Shown: one piece after another, positions 19,035 to 27,904 of the stretch
Numbering within the stretch: position 1 is the first letter of the stretch
Layout of the letters: every line of letters begins with the position of its first letter
Assembly: GCA_963555995.3 (NCBI GenBank)
Contig: OY821641.1
Coordinates: 544,001 to 608,000 of the forward strand
Source of the DNA: Vicinamibacteria bacterium
GTDB taxonomy: Bacteria > Acidobacteriota > Vicinamibacteria > Marinacidobacterales > Marinacidobacteraceae
DNA: 64,000 nt
Reading direction: 5' to 3'
Position numbers and translations under genes: made by a program
The notes under the pieces: generated by a model
Told to the model about the DNA's origin: nothing
Seen by the model: the letters and a program-made list of their open reading frames with translations, nothing else
Database searches by the model: none

Positions 19035-20891
19035 ATGGGCTTCGGCGCCGCCCCGCTGCTGATCGCGCTCGGGGTCCTGCTGACCGCCGGGATCATCGTG
19101 GTGCTCTACTGGGTGCGGCCGGAGCCGCAGCCGGTCGTGGTGCCCTCGAACCTCATCTGGCGCCGGGTCCTCGACGAACGCCGGCGCCGCGAGGACTTCT
19201 GGCGCTGGCTCGTTTCGCTGGTGATCGCGCTCCTGGCCGGACTTGCCGTGATCCTGGCGGTGGCGCAGCCGCTTCCCGAGGGCGCCGCGCGGGGCGGCCG
19301 CATCGTGGTGGTGATGGACACCGCGCCGAGCATGGCGGCGGCGCTCCCCGGAGGGGGGACGCGCTGGGACCAGGCGGCCGAGCAGGTGCGGCGCATCCTG
19401 ACCGGCAGCAGCGAGACGAGCGAGTTCCTCCTGCTCGACACCGCCGGCGACCGCGGCGGCCGTTCCTTCATCGGCCGGCGGGAGGCGCTCGAGGCCCTTG
19501 ACGGGTTGGGTCCGGTCCACGGCCGGGAACACCGCTTTCCCGACGTGGCGGATCTGCTCGGGTCGGGGTCCGGCGCCGCCCCGGCCGCCGAGGTGATCTT
19601 CGTCGGGGACGGGGTGTACGTGCCGGAAGCGCCCGAGGGCGTGGAGCGCCTCTCGGTCTTCGAGTCGGCGCCGAACGCCGGGATCACGGCGTTCGACGTC
19701 CGTCCGCTGCCGTCCGATCCGGGCCGCTTCGAGGCGTTCATCGAGGTCGTCCGGTACCCGGCCGGCGACGATGACGCGGGGGTCGTGGTCCTCCAGATTG
19801 ACGGGGCGGGCGGCGCCTCCGCGCGCCGGACGCTCCGGCCCGATCCCGGAACGCCGCTGGGCGAGACGGTGCCGCTGACCGGATTCGTTGCCGGACCGGT
19901 GCGCGCGGTGATCGCGATCTCCGGGGAGGACGGCTTGCCGGCCGACGACGTGGCGCATGCCTACATCCCGGCCCGGAACCGCCTCCGGGTGCTCCTCGTC
20001 GGCGGCCCGAACCCCTTCTGGGAGGCGGCCCTGCGCCTCGATCCGCGGGTCAGCCTTTCCGTGGCGGCCCCGGGTCCGGACGCGTTCGCCGATCTCGATT
20101 CCGGCTCGCTCGACCTCGTGGTCGTTGACGGTCCGCCTCCCGAGGCGATGCCGGCAGTGCCGGTGCTCTTCGCCGGTTCGGGAAGCGCGGCGTGGCTCCC
20201 CTCGCGCCTCGGGGGCGAGGCGGCCGGTCCGGGGGATGAGGAGGGGACGGCGGTCATGCTCCCCGTGGTGCGGGGGCAGGCGGAACACCCGCTCCTCCGG
20301 GACCTCAACCTTGAGGATGCGATGGCCCGGGACGTGGCGGCGTTCGACGCCGCGTCGCTCGGGGACCGCAGCCCGTGGACGCTGCTGCTCGGCGACTCCC
20401 GGCTCGGGTTGCTCGCGGCGCGCGAGAGCCCCCTGCGCAGCCTGGCGTTCGCCTTTCCGATCGCCCGGTCCAACCTGCCGCTCCAGGCGGACTTCCCGCT
20501 GCTGCTCTCCCGCGCGCTGAGCTGGCTGACGGACGTCGAGGTCCGCCGGGTCGGGCTGGGGCAGGCCCGGGTGGCGATGGCCGCCGGCGCCGTCTTCGAC
20601 GCCGATGGCCGGGAAGTGCCGTCGCGCCGCCTGGGCTCCGAGATCTCCTTCGACGCCAGCGAGCCTTCCCTCTACTACGCCGCCGGCGGCGGGCGTGAGG
20701 TCGTGGTGGCGGCCAGCCTGCTCGACCGGCGCGCCTCCGACCTGAACCAGTCGGCGTGGGCCGGGGAACCTCCGGCGTCGCTGGCGCCGGCAGGAACCGT
20801 CGCGAGCGCCCTCTGGCCGATCCTGGCGCTGTTCGCGCTGCTGCTGATCGTCGCCGAGTGGGTCGCCTTCCACCGCCACGCGACGGTGTGA
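19035..20891 (+). CDS. BatA-like N-terminus + vWA domain membrane protein
   Basis: N-terminal TM/VPS..W, AVAQP, VVMDTAPSM, FVGDG, C-terminal TM ending AEW. Confidence 0.8.
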   Translation: MGFGAAPLLIALGVLLTAGIIVVLYWVRPEPQPVVVPSNLIWRRVLDERRRREDFWRWLVSLVIALLAGLAVILAVAQPLPEGAARGGRIVVVMDTAPSMAAALPGGGTRWDQAAEQVRRILTGSSETSEFLLLDTAGDRGGRSFIGRREALEALDGLGPVHGREHRFPDVADLLGSGSGAAPAAEVIFVGDGVYVPEAPEGVERLSVFESAPNAGITAFDVRPLPSDPGRFEAFIEVVRYPAGDDDAGVVVLQIDGAGGASARRTLRPDPGTPLGETVPLTGFVAGPVRAVIAISGEDGLPADDVAHAYIPARNRLRVLLVGGPNPFWEAALRLDPRVSLSVAAPGPDAFADLDSGSLDLVVVDGPPPEAMPAVPVLFAGSGSAAWLPSRLGGEAAGPGDEEGTAVMLPVVRGQAEHPLLRDLNLEDAMARDVAAFDAASLGDRSPWTLLLGDSRLGLLAARESPLRSLAFAFPIARSNLPLQADFPLLLSRALSWLTDVEVRRVGLGQARVAMAAGAVFDADGREVPSRRLGSEISFDASEPSLYYAAGGGREVVVAASLLDRRASDLNQSAWAGEPPASLAPAGTVASALWPILALFALLLIVAEWVAFHRHATV

Positions 20892-22348
20892 GCGGGGGGA
20901 GCGCCGGTCCTCAGACCGGCACCGCCGCCGCAGGCGGCGAAACGCGCAGCGTCCGGACCCGGATCGCTCCCTCGCCGACCGGCGATCCGCACGTCGGGAC
21001 GGCGTACCAGGCGCTCCTCAACTACGCCCACGCCAGGAAGCACGGGGGCGCCTTTGTGCTCCGGGTCGAGGACACCGACCAGGCGCGTTCCACCCGGGCC
21101 TCCGAGGCCGCGATCCTCGGTTCGCTGCGCTGGCTCGGGCTCGCGTGGGACGAGGGCCCCGACGTTGGCGGCCCCTTCGCGCCCTACCGCCAGAGCGAGC
21201 GGGTCGAGGCGTGCCGGGAGGTGGCCGAACGGCTCCTCGGCGACGGCAAGGCGTATCGGGACTACGGGGAGGACGCCGGCGGGGCCTACGCCATCCGGCT
21301 CCGCACCCCGGAGACCGGCCGGATCGCGCTTCCCGACCGGCTGCGGCGGGGCCTGTCCAAGGACTGGGAGTCGGTGGACGATCCGGTGCTGCTCAAGTCC
21401 GACGGTTTCCCGACCTACCACCTCGCGAACGTGGTGGACGACCACCTGATGGAGATCACCGACGTGATCCGCGGGGAGGAATGGATCGCATCGCTCCCCA
21501 AGCACCTCCTGCTCTACGACACCCTCGGGTGGGAGCCGCCTTCCTTCTGGCACGTTCCGCTGCTCCGGAACAACGACAAGAACCGCACCAAGCTGAGCAA
21601 GCGGAGGAGTCCGACCTCGATCGCCTTCTACCGGCAGGCGGGTTTCCTGCCCGAAGCGCTCCTCAACTTCCTGGGAATGCTGGCCTGGACCCGGGCGGAG
21701 GGGGAGGAGAAGTTCACCCTGGACGCCTTCGTCGAGCACTTCGAGCTCGGATCGCTCTCGCTGGCGGGCGCGGTCTTCGACACCGAGAAGCTGGCGTGGC
21801 TCAACGGCCGCTACCTGCGGGAGGACTACGCCCCAGCGGAACTCGCCGCGCTGCTCCGCACCTGGCGTTTCGACGACCACACCCTTGAAGCCGCCGCCGG
21901 GCTGGCGCAGCCCCGAATGCGCACCCTCGGAGACTTCGGACCGCTCGCGTCGCTCTTCTTCACCGACGAGACGTCCTGCGATCTGGACACGCTCGCCGGG
22001 GGTCTCGAGCGATCCGAGGTCGCGGAATGGCTCCTGCTCGCGGAATGGGCGCTGGAGGATCTGCCCGAGTTCACGACCGACACGGTCCACCAGGCGCTCC
22101 GGGCGCTCTCCGAGTCGCTCGGAGTGAAACTCAGGAAGTTCACCCGTCCGCTCTACGTCGCCCTCAGCGGTTCTCCGTCCTCCACCCCGCTCTTCGGATC
22201 CATGGTCCTCCTCGGCAGCGCGATGACCCGCATGCGCCTCCGCCGCGCCCGCACCGCCCTCGGAGGCGTCCCCCGCCGCCGCGAGAAGGAACTGGAAACA
22301 ATCCATCGCCAGGGAGCGCCGGTCTTCAGACCGGCATCGCCCGCGTAG
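20888..22348 (+). CDS. gltX: glutamate--tRNA ligase
   Basis: RTRIAPSPTG.PHVG, RVEDTD, YRQSER, PTYHLANVVDD, RGEEW, KLSKR; GTG overlaps the upstream stop. Confidence 0.95.
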   Translation: MSGGSAGPQTGTAAAGGETRSVRTRIAPSPTGDPHVGTAYQALLNYAHARKHGGAFVLRVEDTDQARSTRASEAAILGSLRWLGLAWDEGPDVGGPFAPYRQSERVEACREVAERLLGDGKAYRDYGEDAGGAYAIRLRTPETGRIALPDRLRRGLSKDWESVDDPVLLKSDGFPTYHLANVVDDHLMEITDVIRGEEWIASLPKHLLLYDTLGWEPPSFWHVPLLRNNDKNRTKLSKRRSPTSIAFYRQAGFLPEALLNFLGMLAWTRAEGEEKFTLDAFVEHFELGSLSLAGAVFDTEKLAWLNGRYLREDYAPAELAALLRTWRFDDHTLEAAAGLAQPRMRTLGDFGPLASLFFTDETSCDLDTLAGGLERSEVAEWLLLAEWALEDLPEFTTDTVHQALRALSESLGVKLRKFTRPLYVALSGSPSSTPLFGSMVLLGSAMTRMRLRRARTALGGVPRRREKELETIHRQGAPVFRPASPA

Positions 22349-22408
22349 CGGGCGTGGTTGCGTCCGGTCAACCTACCTGGAGCGCGACGCCAGCGCGACC
22401 GCCCCGCC

Positions 22409-23626
22409 TCAGCGGATGTCCCAGCGGTGCAGCCGGGACACGTCCTTCACGTAGATCCGGTCGCCCGCCACCGTGGGCTGGGTCCAGGTCTCGCTGTCCG
22501 CGACCTCGTAGCGCGTGATTTCGCTGAGCCCGGCGCGGCCCGCCTCGAAGATCACCAGCTCGGCGTCCTCCTCCAGCGAGAACACGATGTTCCCCGCCCG
22601 CACCAGCGCGGCGTTCTCGGCCTGCCGCGGGGTGCTCTCCCAGAGCGACTCCCCGGAATCCAGATCGAGCGCGAAGTACTGGCCCCGGTTCCGGTGCGAG
22701 AGGCCGAACATCACCCCGTCCCGGACCACCGGGTTCGCCATGTGGAGGGAGTATTCGCGCGTCCGCCAGACGTCCTCGGTGGCCCAGCCGTCGCCGCCCC
22801 GGGCGACGCGGAAGGCCGTCACCCCGTTCCCCCTGCCGTTCTCGATCACCAGGTCCCGGTAGCGGACGGGCGTCTGTGAGGTCGTGTCGGACTGGGTGGT
22901 GAAGGGCCGGCTCCAGAGCAGGGAGCCGTCGGCGGCGGAGACCCCCACGAAGTGTTCCTGGGTGAAGGTCACCACCTGCTCCACGCCGTCGAACTCGAAC
23001 AGCATCGCGGAGCCGTAGGCCGGCCCGTCGCCGTCCCAGGACCAGCGGACGTCGCCGGTCTCCGCATCGAACGCCGTCAGCGCCCCGTCGTCGTGCCCCC
23101 CGACGTGGACGATGACGAGTCCGCCGTGAACGAGCGGCGAGGCGCTCGTGTGGTAGAGCGGCTCGACCCCGGTGCCCGGGACGTGCCAGAGCTGCTCGCC
23201 GCCGGCCGCGTCGAAGGCGGACACCGATCCGGTCATGCCGTGGACGAACAGCCGCCCGCCGGCGTAGGCGGGGGTGGACTTCGGGCCGGGACCGTGCCGC
23301 TGGGTCGCGGGGCTCATTTCGAACGGAGCCGCGTACCCCGAACGCCAGCGGATCTCGCCGGTTTCGGGATCCATGGAGTAGAGGACCTCGTCCTCGCCCC
23401 AGCGGGCGAACTGGAAGAGATTCCCGTCCACCAGGAGCGGGGTGGCGTAGCCCGTGCCGACATCGGCGGTCCACACCGGGGTCAATGCTTCGGGCCATGC
23501 GGCGGGCGCCTCGAACCCCGACACCGCGCCGTCGCGTGCGGGGCCCCGCCACTGCGGCCAGTCCTGCGCGCCGGCGCCGGCAGCAGAAAAGAGCGCGAAC
23601 GCCACCAGACAGTTCCTCATGCGCAT
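22409..23626 (-). CDS. secreted PQQ-like beta-propeller protein
   Basis: signal peptide, DWPQWRGP, repeated D..TG...W motifs. Confidence 0.85.
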   Translation of the reverse strand: MRMRNCLVAFALFSAAGAGAQDWPQWRGPARDGAVSGFEAPAAWPEALTPVWTADVGTGYATPLLVDGNLFQFARWGEDEVLYSMDPETGEIRWRSGYAAPFEMSPATQRHGPGPKSTPAYAGGRLFVHGMTGSVSAFDAAGGEQLWHVPGTGVEPLYHTSASPLVHGGLVIVHVGGHDDGALTAFDAETGDVRWSWDGDGPAYGSAMLFEFDGVEQVVTFTQEHFVGVSAADGSLLWSRPFTTQSDTTSQTPVRYRDLVIENGRGNGVTAFRVARGGDGWATEDVWRTREYSLHMANPVVRDGVMFGLSHRNRGQYFALDLDSGESLWESTPRQAENAALVRAGNIVFSLEEDAELVIFEAGRAGLSEITRYEVADSETWTQPTVAGDRIYVKDVSRLHRWDIR

Positions 23627-23691
23627 CCTCGATTCCGACGCTCTCCCGCGCCGGGCGGTATTGTCGCACCCGGCCGGAGGATGAAACCCCC

Positions 23692-25278
23692 ATGTCCGTC
23701 CTGAAACACCGGAACGCGCTTTTGCTGCTTGCCGTCCTGGCCGCCGCGTGTGGTCAGGAACCGCACGGCGTCCTCATCCGCGGCGGCCTCGTATACGACG
23801 GTGGCGGTGGTGATCCCGTCACCGCCGACGTCGCGGTCACCGGCGACCGCATCACTTTCATCGGCGACGCCGGCGCCGACGGGGTGACCGCCCACGAGTC
23901 CGTGGATGCCTCCGGCCTCATCGTGGCCCCCGGGTTCATCGACATGCACGCCCATTCGCAGATCGGCGAGGACTGGGCGAAGGAGGCGCTGCCGTTCCTC
24001 TACCAGGGGATCACGACGGTGGTCCTCGGGGTGGACGGCGGCGGCTCGCCGGACGTGGCCAACACCCTGGCGGGCTGGGAAGCGAGCGGCATCGGGGTGA
24101 ACGCGCTCACCTACGTGGGTCACGGGGCGGTGCGGCGGCTCGTGCTCGGCGAGGAGAACCGGGCGCCGACCGACGAGGAACTGGACCGCATGCGGGCGCT
24201 CGTCCGGAAGGGCCTCGAGGAGGGCGCCTTCGGGCTTTCGAGCGGGCTCTTCTACATCCCGGGCAACTACGCGACCACCGAGGAGGTCATCGAGCTGGCG
24301 CGGGTGGCCGCCGAGTACCGGCCGGCCATCTATGACACCCACGACCGCGACCTCGGAGCCGCCTATCCGAGCTTCGGCTACCTGGCGTCCATCGAGGAAG
24401 CCATCCGGATCGGCGAGGAGTCCGGCACCAAGGTCATCTTCAGCCACTTCAACGCGCAGGGCGCGGCCAACTACGGCCGCGCGCCCGAAGGCGCCGCGCT
24501 GATCAACGAAGCCCGCGCCCGGGGCGTCACGGTCGCCGGCGCCCAGCACGTCTACACCGCCACCCAGTCCAGTCTCCGGGCCTACACCGTGCCCCGCTGG
24601 GCCTCCGCCGGGGGACGGGATGCCATGCTCGAACGCTTCGATGACCCGGACACCGCGCGGGTCCTCGACGAGGCCACCGCCGAGATGCTGGCCATCCGCG
24701 GCGGGGCGGACAAGATCCGGTTTTCCGATCGGCGTCCCCATCTGAACGGGCGGACGCTGGCGGATGTGGCCGAGGAGTGGGGTGTTCCGGCTCCCGAGGC
24801 GGCCCGCCGCATCCTCGCCGAGGGGAACGCGTCGGTGATGAACATCGGTCTCTACGACCCCGTGAACACCGGCTTCCTCGCCGAGCAGGACTGGATGATG
24901 ACCTGCACCGACGGCCGCGACATCGAGCCCGGCACTCCCGTGGGGCACCCGCGGGTCTACGGCGCCTTCACCAAGAAGCTGCGCGACTACGTGCTCGACG
25001 AGGGACGGATCTCGATGGCATTCGCGATCCGCAGCATGACCGGCCTCGCCGCCGAGTTCCTCGAACTCGACGACCGGGGGTTCCTGCGGGAGGGCCTGAA
25101 GGCGGATCTCGCCATCCTCGATCCGGAGCGGATCCGGGACCGGGCCACCTACGACCAGCCGCACCAGTACTCCGAGGGAACCGTGCACGTCCTGGTCAAC
25201 GGGGAGTTTGCGATCCGCGACGGCGCGCACACCGGGGCCCTGGCTGGTCGGGGTCTGCGGCCGCGCTCGGCGGAATAG
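23692..25278 (+). CDS. N-acyl-D-amino-acid deacylase-like amidohydrolase, lipoprotein
   Basis: LAAAC lipobox, PGFIDMHAHS, QGITT, GAFGLSSGLFY.PG, HPRVYGAF. Confidence 0.88.
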   Translation: MSVLKHRNALLLLAVLAAACGQEPHGVLIRGGLVYDGGGGDPVTADVAVTGDRITFIGDAGADGVTAHESVDASGLIVAPGFIDMHAHSQIGEDWAKEALPFLYQGITTVVLGVDGGGSPDVANTLAGWEASGIGVNALTYVGHGAVRRLVLGEENRAPTDEELDRMRALVRKGLEEGAFGLSSGLFYIPGNYATTEEVIELARVAAEYRPAIYDTHDRDLGAAYPSFGYLASIEEAIRIGEESGTKVIFSHFNAQGAANYGRAPEGAALINEARARGVTVAGAQHVYTATQSSLRAYTVPRWASAGGRDAMLERFDDPDTARVLDEATAEMLAIRGGADKIRFSDRRPHLNGRTLADVAEEWGVPAPEAARRILAEGNASVMNIGLYDPVNTGFLAEQDWMMTCTDGRDIEPGTPVGHPRVYGAFTKKLRDYVLDEGRISMAFAIRSMTGLAAEFLELDDRGFLREGLKADLAILDPERIRDRATYDQPHQYSEGTVHVLVNGEFAIRDGAHTGALAGRGLRPRSAE

Positions 25279-25378
25279 CGGCCCGGCGCTAACTCCCAGG
25301 CGCTGAGCCGGTACCCACTCGTCACGAATACGGCGCACCGCCGCATTCGGGTGGATGAACGTTGTGTCGGCGCGGCTC

Positions 25379-25408
25379 TTGACGGAGATTTACATATACG
25401 TAAATAAT
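25379..25408 (+). promoter_or_regulatory. sigma70-like promoter with overlapping palindromic operator
   Basis: TTGACG (25379)-N18-AATAAT (25403); near-palindrome ATTTACATATACGTAAAT at 25388-25405. Confidence 0.7.
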
Positions 25409-25547
25409 TCACGCATCAATGGGCGAACGACGAGACCCTCCGGTTGAGCCGTCGCCCGGACTTGGCTGGCCTTGCACCCGACACCCCGGCTGGCGTGTAT
25501 TGGCGCGCCCCGAGTGAGTGCATGGCGAGCCGCCGACAGGAGAACAC

Positions 25548-25994
25548 ATGATGATGACGACTTTGCCGCCCGAGAAGCGTGGCGAGGACTACAAACGTCT
25601 GGTGCGCCAAGAGGAACTGATTCTGGACGTTACTGAGGGCTTGACGGAGGCGCTGGACCGAGGCGGGGTTACGAAGGCTGAACTGGCCCGGCGCCTCGGC
25701 CGGACTCCTGGCTTCGTGTCCCAGGTGCTGCGGGGAGGGAGGAATCTGACCCTCCGGACGATTGCGGACATCGCGGGGGCACTGTCCCTTCGACCGTCGC
25801 TTCGGTTGGCCCGCGAGGCGGACGTCGTCCGCCGCGTGGACAAGCCGAGGCGGTCATGGACGCTCGATACGGCTCTGTTTGGGGTCGCCGGTGGAGGCCC
25901 AGTTCAATTCACTCAGATCCCTGCCAACGACGCCCGTGGCTGGCCAACTGCTGATCGCCTGTCGTGGGTGGATGGCTGTCGTCTGAGCGCGTGA
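25548..25994 (+). CDS. XRE HTH antitoxin (HigA-like) with C-terminal ChAD-like extension
   Basis: AGGAG RBS; TKAELARRLG.TPGFVSQVL.G.RNLTLRTIA; about 60-aa tail rich in W/F, ending CRLSA. Confidence 0.8.
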   Translation: MMMTTLPPEKRGEDYKRLVRQEELILDVTEGLTEALDRGGVTKAELARRLGRTPGFVSQVLRGGRNLTLRTIADIAGALSLRPSLRLAREADVVRRVDKPRRSWTLDTALFGVAGGGPVQFTQIPANDARGWPTADRLSWVDGCRLSA

Positions 25995-26389
25995 ACAACC
26001 CGAATCGTGCGCAAGGTGAACCTGCCGCACGAGGTGAATGGGGGACCGTCGAATGGGCCGTGGATGATTCGGGCAAGGCTCCGGCTCGCGAGTTCTTTGC
26101 CGACCTGGGGGATCCTGATGCCGCCAAGGTACAGGCGCTGTTCAACCTCCTGGCGAATACAGGGCAAATCCGGAACAGGGAGAAGTTCAAGAAGCTATGC
26201 GACATGCACGGCCAAGCGCTCTGGGAGTTCAAGAGCTTCCAGTTGAGGTTGCTGGGCGCTTTTGCTCCCGGCGGACGCTTCTTGGTAGCTCATGGCCTCC
26301 GCAAGAAGAAAAAAGCCCACTCCAGACAGGATCTTGAACGGACGGCGCGGATCCTGAACGAGCATCTGGCTCGCAACAACCAGACCTAG
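25991..26389 (+). CDS. RelE/ParE-superfamily toxin (Gp49/HigB-like)
   Basis: G.APAREF..L, KFKKL, LWEFK...R, HG.RKK; GTGA overlap with the antitoxin stop. Confidence 0.8.
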   Translation: MNNPNRAQGEPAARGEWGTVEWAVDDSGKAPAREFFADLGDPDAAKVQALFNLLANTGQIRNREKFKKLCDMHGQALWEFKSFQLRLLGAFAPGGRFLVAHGLRKKKKAHSRQDLERTARILNEHLARNNQT

Positions 26390-26399
26390 GGAACACACT

Positions 26400-26930
26400 G
26401 TGACAGCAAACGACCAGCCTTCTGGCGAACCTCAGGGGACCGGGAACACCGACGGTGGAGACGGCGTCGTGGTGAATCTCACGAGAATCATCTCCCTCGT
26501 TCAAATCACGGACATCAGGCTTCGCGAAGGGTCTTGCCGATCTTCCGTCCACCCTTCCCAGGTGGCGGAGACCATCCGGACGAAGACGGAGTCACAAACC
26601 GAAGTGCTGAAGGAACCGTCTGACGATGGATCGCTGCTGATCGGCGCGACCTTTGCGATGCGGGTGTGCAGTAACGATGAGGCGGAAGTGCTCCAGGCGG
26701 AGATCCGGGGAGCGTTCGAACTGACGTACGCTGTCCCGACTGACGAGAGCTTCTCGACCGACGAACTGAGGGGATTTGCGGAGGTCAACGCCGTGTTCAA
26801 CGCGTGGCCGTACTGGCGCGAATTGGTGCAAGCGTCGCTTGCCCGAATGTCGTTGCCTACCTTGACGGTCCCGGTGTTCCGCCTGGGGCAGGCGGACACC
26901 GCCGATCGTCTTGCGCCGGATGAGGGGTGA
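26400..26930 (+). CDS. SecB-like chaperone
   Basis: beta-rich body, then FAEVNAVFNAWPYWRELVQ..LARMSLPTLTVP, matching the SecB C-terminal PY.RE...R...P.L..P signature. Confidence 0.8.
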   Translation: MTANDQPSGEPQGTGNTDGGDGVVVNLTRIISLVQITDIRLREGSCRSSVHPSQVAETIRTKTESQTEVLKEPSDDGSLLIGATFAMRVCSNDEAEVLQAEIRGAFELTYAVPTDESFSTDELRGFAEVNAVFNAWPYWRELVQASLARMSLPTLTVPVFRLGQADTADRLAPDEG

Positions 26931-27019
26931 AGTTCCTCAGCCGATATTCTCTGGGTGTCCCCCCGACCGCGCTGCGTTGGCCTCGTGGGAAGGAACGCGT
27001 GAGACAAGTGACGCCATGA
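26927..27019 (+). pseudogene. 30-codon ORF, possible remnant of a toxin 3' end
   Basis: VKFLSRYSLGVPPTALRWPRGKERVRQVTP; overlaps the SecB stop (GTGA) and the next ATG (ATGA). Confidence 0.35.
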
Positions 27020-27327
27020 CGAAATTGAAGGACCTCAAGAAGCGCCTGATGGAGGATCCCGAATTCCGGGAGGAGTACGCGCGGGCCGATGACGAGTTCA
27101 AGCTGATCGAGGCATTGGTACGAGCCCGCACGGCCGCCAGCCTGACGCAGTCCGAACTTGCCCGGCGTCTGGGGACGACTCAGTCCGCGATCGCGCGGTT
27201 GGAGGGTGGCCGGGTGTCGCCGTCCTTCGCCACGTTGCGCCGCTATGCCGAAGCGACCGGGACACGACTGGTGGTGGGCTTGGCGTCCGCCGACGACACA
27301 CGAAGCGCGACCGCGCCGGCCCCGTAG
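27016..27327 (+). CDS. XRE HTH antitoxin-like regulator
   Basis: LMEDPEFREEY, LTQSELARRLGTTQSAIARLEGG..SPSFATL. Confidence 0.9.
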   Translation: MTKLKDLKKRLMEDPEFREEYARADDEFKLIEALVRARTAASLTQSELARRLGTTQSAIARLEGGRVSPSFATLRRYAEATGTRLVVGLASADDTRSATAPAP

Positions 27328-27416
27328 TGCTCGACCGTATCGAATCGGCGCGGGGTGCCCAGGATTGGTGCTTCCGGGTCTGACAAAATCCCGCCTCCCG
27401 TCAGGAGGATTCCTTC

Positions 27417-27902
27417 ATGCGTAATCTGCGGTTCCCGGCCATTTTGGCCATGCTGGCGCTCGGACTCGCGCTCGCCGCCCAAGCCCACGCCCAAGGCGGC
27501 GCCAACGCCACCGAGCGCTACGGGGTCTGGCGGCTCCAGTCGGACAACCCGCCGCCCTACAAGAACGTCATGACCTACGCCCCCCACGGCGACGGGGGCA
27601 TGAGCATCGAGGTCGCCACCACGAACGCCGAAGGGAACACCTCGGTGTGGAGCTACGTCACGATGTTCGACGGCGTCTTCCGCCCGGTCGAGGGGATCGA
27701 GAATTCCGAGACGGCGGTCGAGATCGTGAGCGAGCGGAGCACGCGCATTCTGAACGCCCGGAACGGCGCGGTGTACCAGGTGATCATCAACACCCTCTCC
27801 GAGGATGGCAACCGGATCGACAACGACTACGTCCGGGTGGATGCCGACGGGAAGATCACCCGGGTGACGCGGGCCACCTACGACCGCGTGCAGGAGGAGT
27901 AG
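27417..27902 (+). CDS. secreted hypothetical protein (lipocalin-like)
   Basis: AGGAGG RBS, signal peptide AQAHA, G.W.L, LSEDGN, terminal YDR. Confidence 0.7.
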   Translation: MRNLRFPAILAMLALGLALAAQAHAQGGANATERYGVWRLQSDNPPPYKNVMTYAPHGDGGMSIEVATTNAEGNTSVWSYVTMFDGVFRPVEGIENSETAVEIVSERSTRILNARNGAVYQVIINTLSEDGNRIDNDYVRVDADGKITRVTRATYDRVQEE

Positions 27903-27904
27903 CC

